Shown here: positions 61,931 through 64,000 of the stretch, one piece after another
How the letters are laid out: every line of letters begins with the position of its first letter
Position numbering within the stretch: position 1 is the first letter of the stretch
Source: Chrysemys picta bellii
Taxonomy: Eukaryota
NCBI RefSeq assembly: GCF_011386835.1
Contig: NC_088794.1
Span: 4,898,001 to 4,962,000, forward strand
Length of the DNA: 64,000 nt
Reading direction: 5' to 3'
The notes under the pieces: model-generated
Told to the model about the DNA's origin: nothing
The model's database searches: none
The model's input: only the letters and a program-made list of their open reading frames with translations
Made by a program: the position numbers and the translations under genes

Positions 61931-63007
61931 TTATTATTACGGCAGACGATCGCGTGCGACCATCCTTATTATTTAATCCTAAAGATTATTTGACTTTATG
62001 CCTATGCAACAGCATTAGCCTCAAGCCTCTACAGGAATTTATGCAAGAAAAGATGTGTTGGGTCATGAGACTAACCAAACAGTTACTAGGCCTTCGTGGT
62101 GTTTCTAGCCTAAAGACATAAGAATTTTGTATGCAGGGCCCTCTTGTGGTATGTTGCTAACTTTAAGGTTATAAAGCCTGACGTTTGCTACGTTGTGTCA
62201 CTACTTCAAAGATAATTAAACCTTTTCCTTCCTGGGCAGTGGCTTTGTGATGTTGGTAGCTTGAAGATTAAAACAGATGCTTGTGAAAGACACTGAATTA
62301 GTGCATCTGATAGTGACTGTTCCCAACCACTTTAAAAGCTTATTACTTTCATTTAGCTAAAAGCATTTTTTGATGTCTTCAGTTTCATCTTTGTTGAATG
62401 TGTGAATCCTGCTTTCACAGGAAAGGCTCATTACACCTGCCCATCGGTGTCTTTGTGGTATTAATAGCTCCAAGGTGATGAAGGCTAATGTCTGCAGGAC
62501 AGGGTTTGTGAGGTGTCTCTAGCCCAGTAATGGTTAGGTTGTCTGTCTGGCCAGCAGGTTCTCTGTGGGGTTGCTAGCCCCAGAAATATTAGGAATGAGG
62601 CCTACATGGCTGTACCTGTGTGATGCTTCTGAGCCAAAGATCATTATGCTTTCGGGGTTATTTGTGCCTGCGTCATGTACTAGTCAAAAAACTAGGTCTT
62701 AAACATATAGGAGAATCCATACTGTTGCTAGCCTGGAGACCACCAGGTCTAAAGCCTTCTGGACAGCCTCTGCTGGTACCTTAACTAGTGCCATTTCTTT
62801 TGTGTATCCTGAGGCCTAATGATTTTTAGGTGAGCAATACCACATAGGTACCAGCTATAGGCTTGAAGCTTTATAATCCTTAGGTGCACTTACCTCACAG
62901 TGGTGTCGACTCTCGAAATGCTATCAGTGAGTAAGAGACACAGTAATTATGTGGTGTTAGGTAACTTAACAATTACTAGGCCTTATGCCTATGTATTACA
63001 TTGGCTT

Positions 63008-63050
63008 TGTGTGTGTGTGTGTGTGCGCGCGTGCGCGCACGTGCACAAGT
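63008..63050. repeat. (TG)n/(CG) microsatellite
   Basis: Direct reading. Confidence 0.85.
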
Positions 63051-63174
63051 GTGCATGAATGTATGACCTTCCAGTGGCAGGCGTGAGGAGCAGTAGCAGT
63101 CAAGCCATGTATTAAAGTTAAAGGGAATTTCTTTCAGCTCAGACAGTATGGACCTGAGGATGGGCGGGAATGGT

Positions 63175-63405
63175 GCCAGGATGGGCAGGGATGGTGTCCC
63201 TAGCCCTCTGTTTGCCAGAAGCTGGGAATGGGCGACAGGGGATGGACCACTTGATGGTCACGTGTTCTGTTCATTCCCTCCGGGGCACCTGGCATTGGAC
63301 ACTGTTGGAAGACAGGATAGGGGCACCTGGCATTGGACACTGTTGGAAGACAGGATACTGGGCTAGATGGACCTTTGGTCTGACCCAGTCTGGCCATTCT
63401 TATGT
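63175..63405 (+). mobile_element. CR1 3' UTR/tail fragment with internal 38 bp tandem duplication
   Basis: GGGCTAGATGGACCTTTGGTCTGACCCAG..GCCATTCTTATGTT tail. GGGCACCTGGCATTGGACACTGTTGGAAGACAGGATA occurs at 63283 and 63321. Confidence 0.75.
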
Positions 63406-64000
63406 TGACCTGTTCTTTCTGTGTTGAAGACCTCATAGTGAGTCTTTGTGGATAATCAAGATGCCCTCATGGCTCATTACACCTGCACAGCAGATTTGTA
63501 TATATTTGCTTACCTAGGCGTAATAACGACTACAAGCCTGTAGGGCAGTATCTATGAGGTCTGGCTTACCTACAGATTATTAGTAGAGTGGATCGGAAAT
63601 TTTCCAATAGAACATTTTTTTACCAAAAAAATTAATGTAGTCAACGCTATCATTTCCGTGGGAACATGTTGACTTTTGTGGGGCTAGGGGGGAAACCTCA
63701 TCAAGAAAAAGAAACAATTGAAATGAACTATTTTGATGGCATTGGACTGGGAACATTTTGATTTTCTGTTCCGACCTGACTTTTTGTTTCAATTTGTTTT
63801 CCTTAGGACACTAGCCTATGTATTATCTACGTGGTATGGCTCTCCTAAATATTATTAGGCCTTGAGCCTAGATGGAAGCACCTGCGAGGTATAACTGACC
63901 TAAAGATTACTAGGCCACAAACCTGTATGCCAATACTTCTATAGCATTTCTCACTTAAAAATCATTAGGCCCCTCATAAATGCCAAGCAATGCCTGTGAC

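Larger units (their letters stand above)
61930..64000. repeat. Degenerate ~55 bp satellite, interrupted at ~63000-63430
   Basis: TAAA.ATTATTAGGCC-like motif at 63846, 63901 and 63956 (55 bp spacing), and at 62581/62635 (54 bp). Confidence 0.6.

Overview
Eukaryotic, almost certainly turtle, genomic DNA. The evidence is a tortoise Pol III/SINE, turtle-type CR1 LINEs, Penelope termini, Harbinger elements and solo LTRs. The window is a tandem cluster of six intronless class II (group gamma, OR5-like) olfactory receptor ORFs, all on the + strand: 3062, 10335, 25522, 39729, 47490 and 57887. There is also a 3'-only OR relic at 4407. Each OR sits in a duplicated cassette: minus-strand solo LTR, Tigger-like MITE (present or absent), conserved upstream block, OR, downstream block. 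In all six copies the upstream block has the same candidate promoter: O/E(EBF)-like and homeodomain sites, TATAAAA exactly 30 nt before a CAGTTT initiator-like site, and a CAG|GTACGT donor. A recent tandem duplication (19646-33904 / 33905-46624) contains a 2.5 kb inversion and a probable gene-conversion tract. Penelope ends form near-perfect hairpins carrying minimal type I hammerhead ribozyme motifs; two copies look fully intact. Also present: a class III (ERV-L-like) gag-env relic lacking pol and split by a CR1, a decayed Harbinger transposase, an unassigned repeated ~700 bp module, and an old ~55 bp satellite. All family assignments are by pattern recognition; no database search was run.
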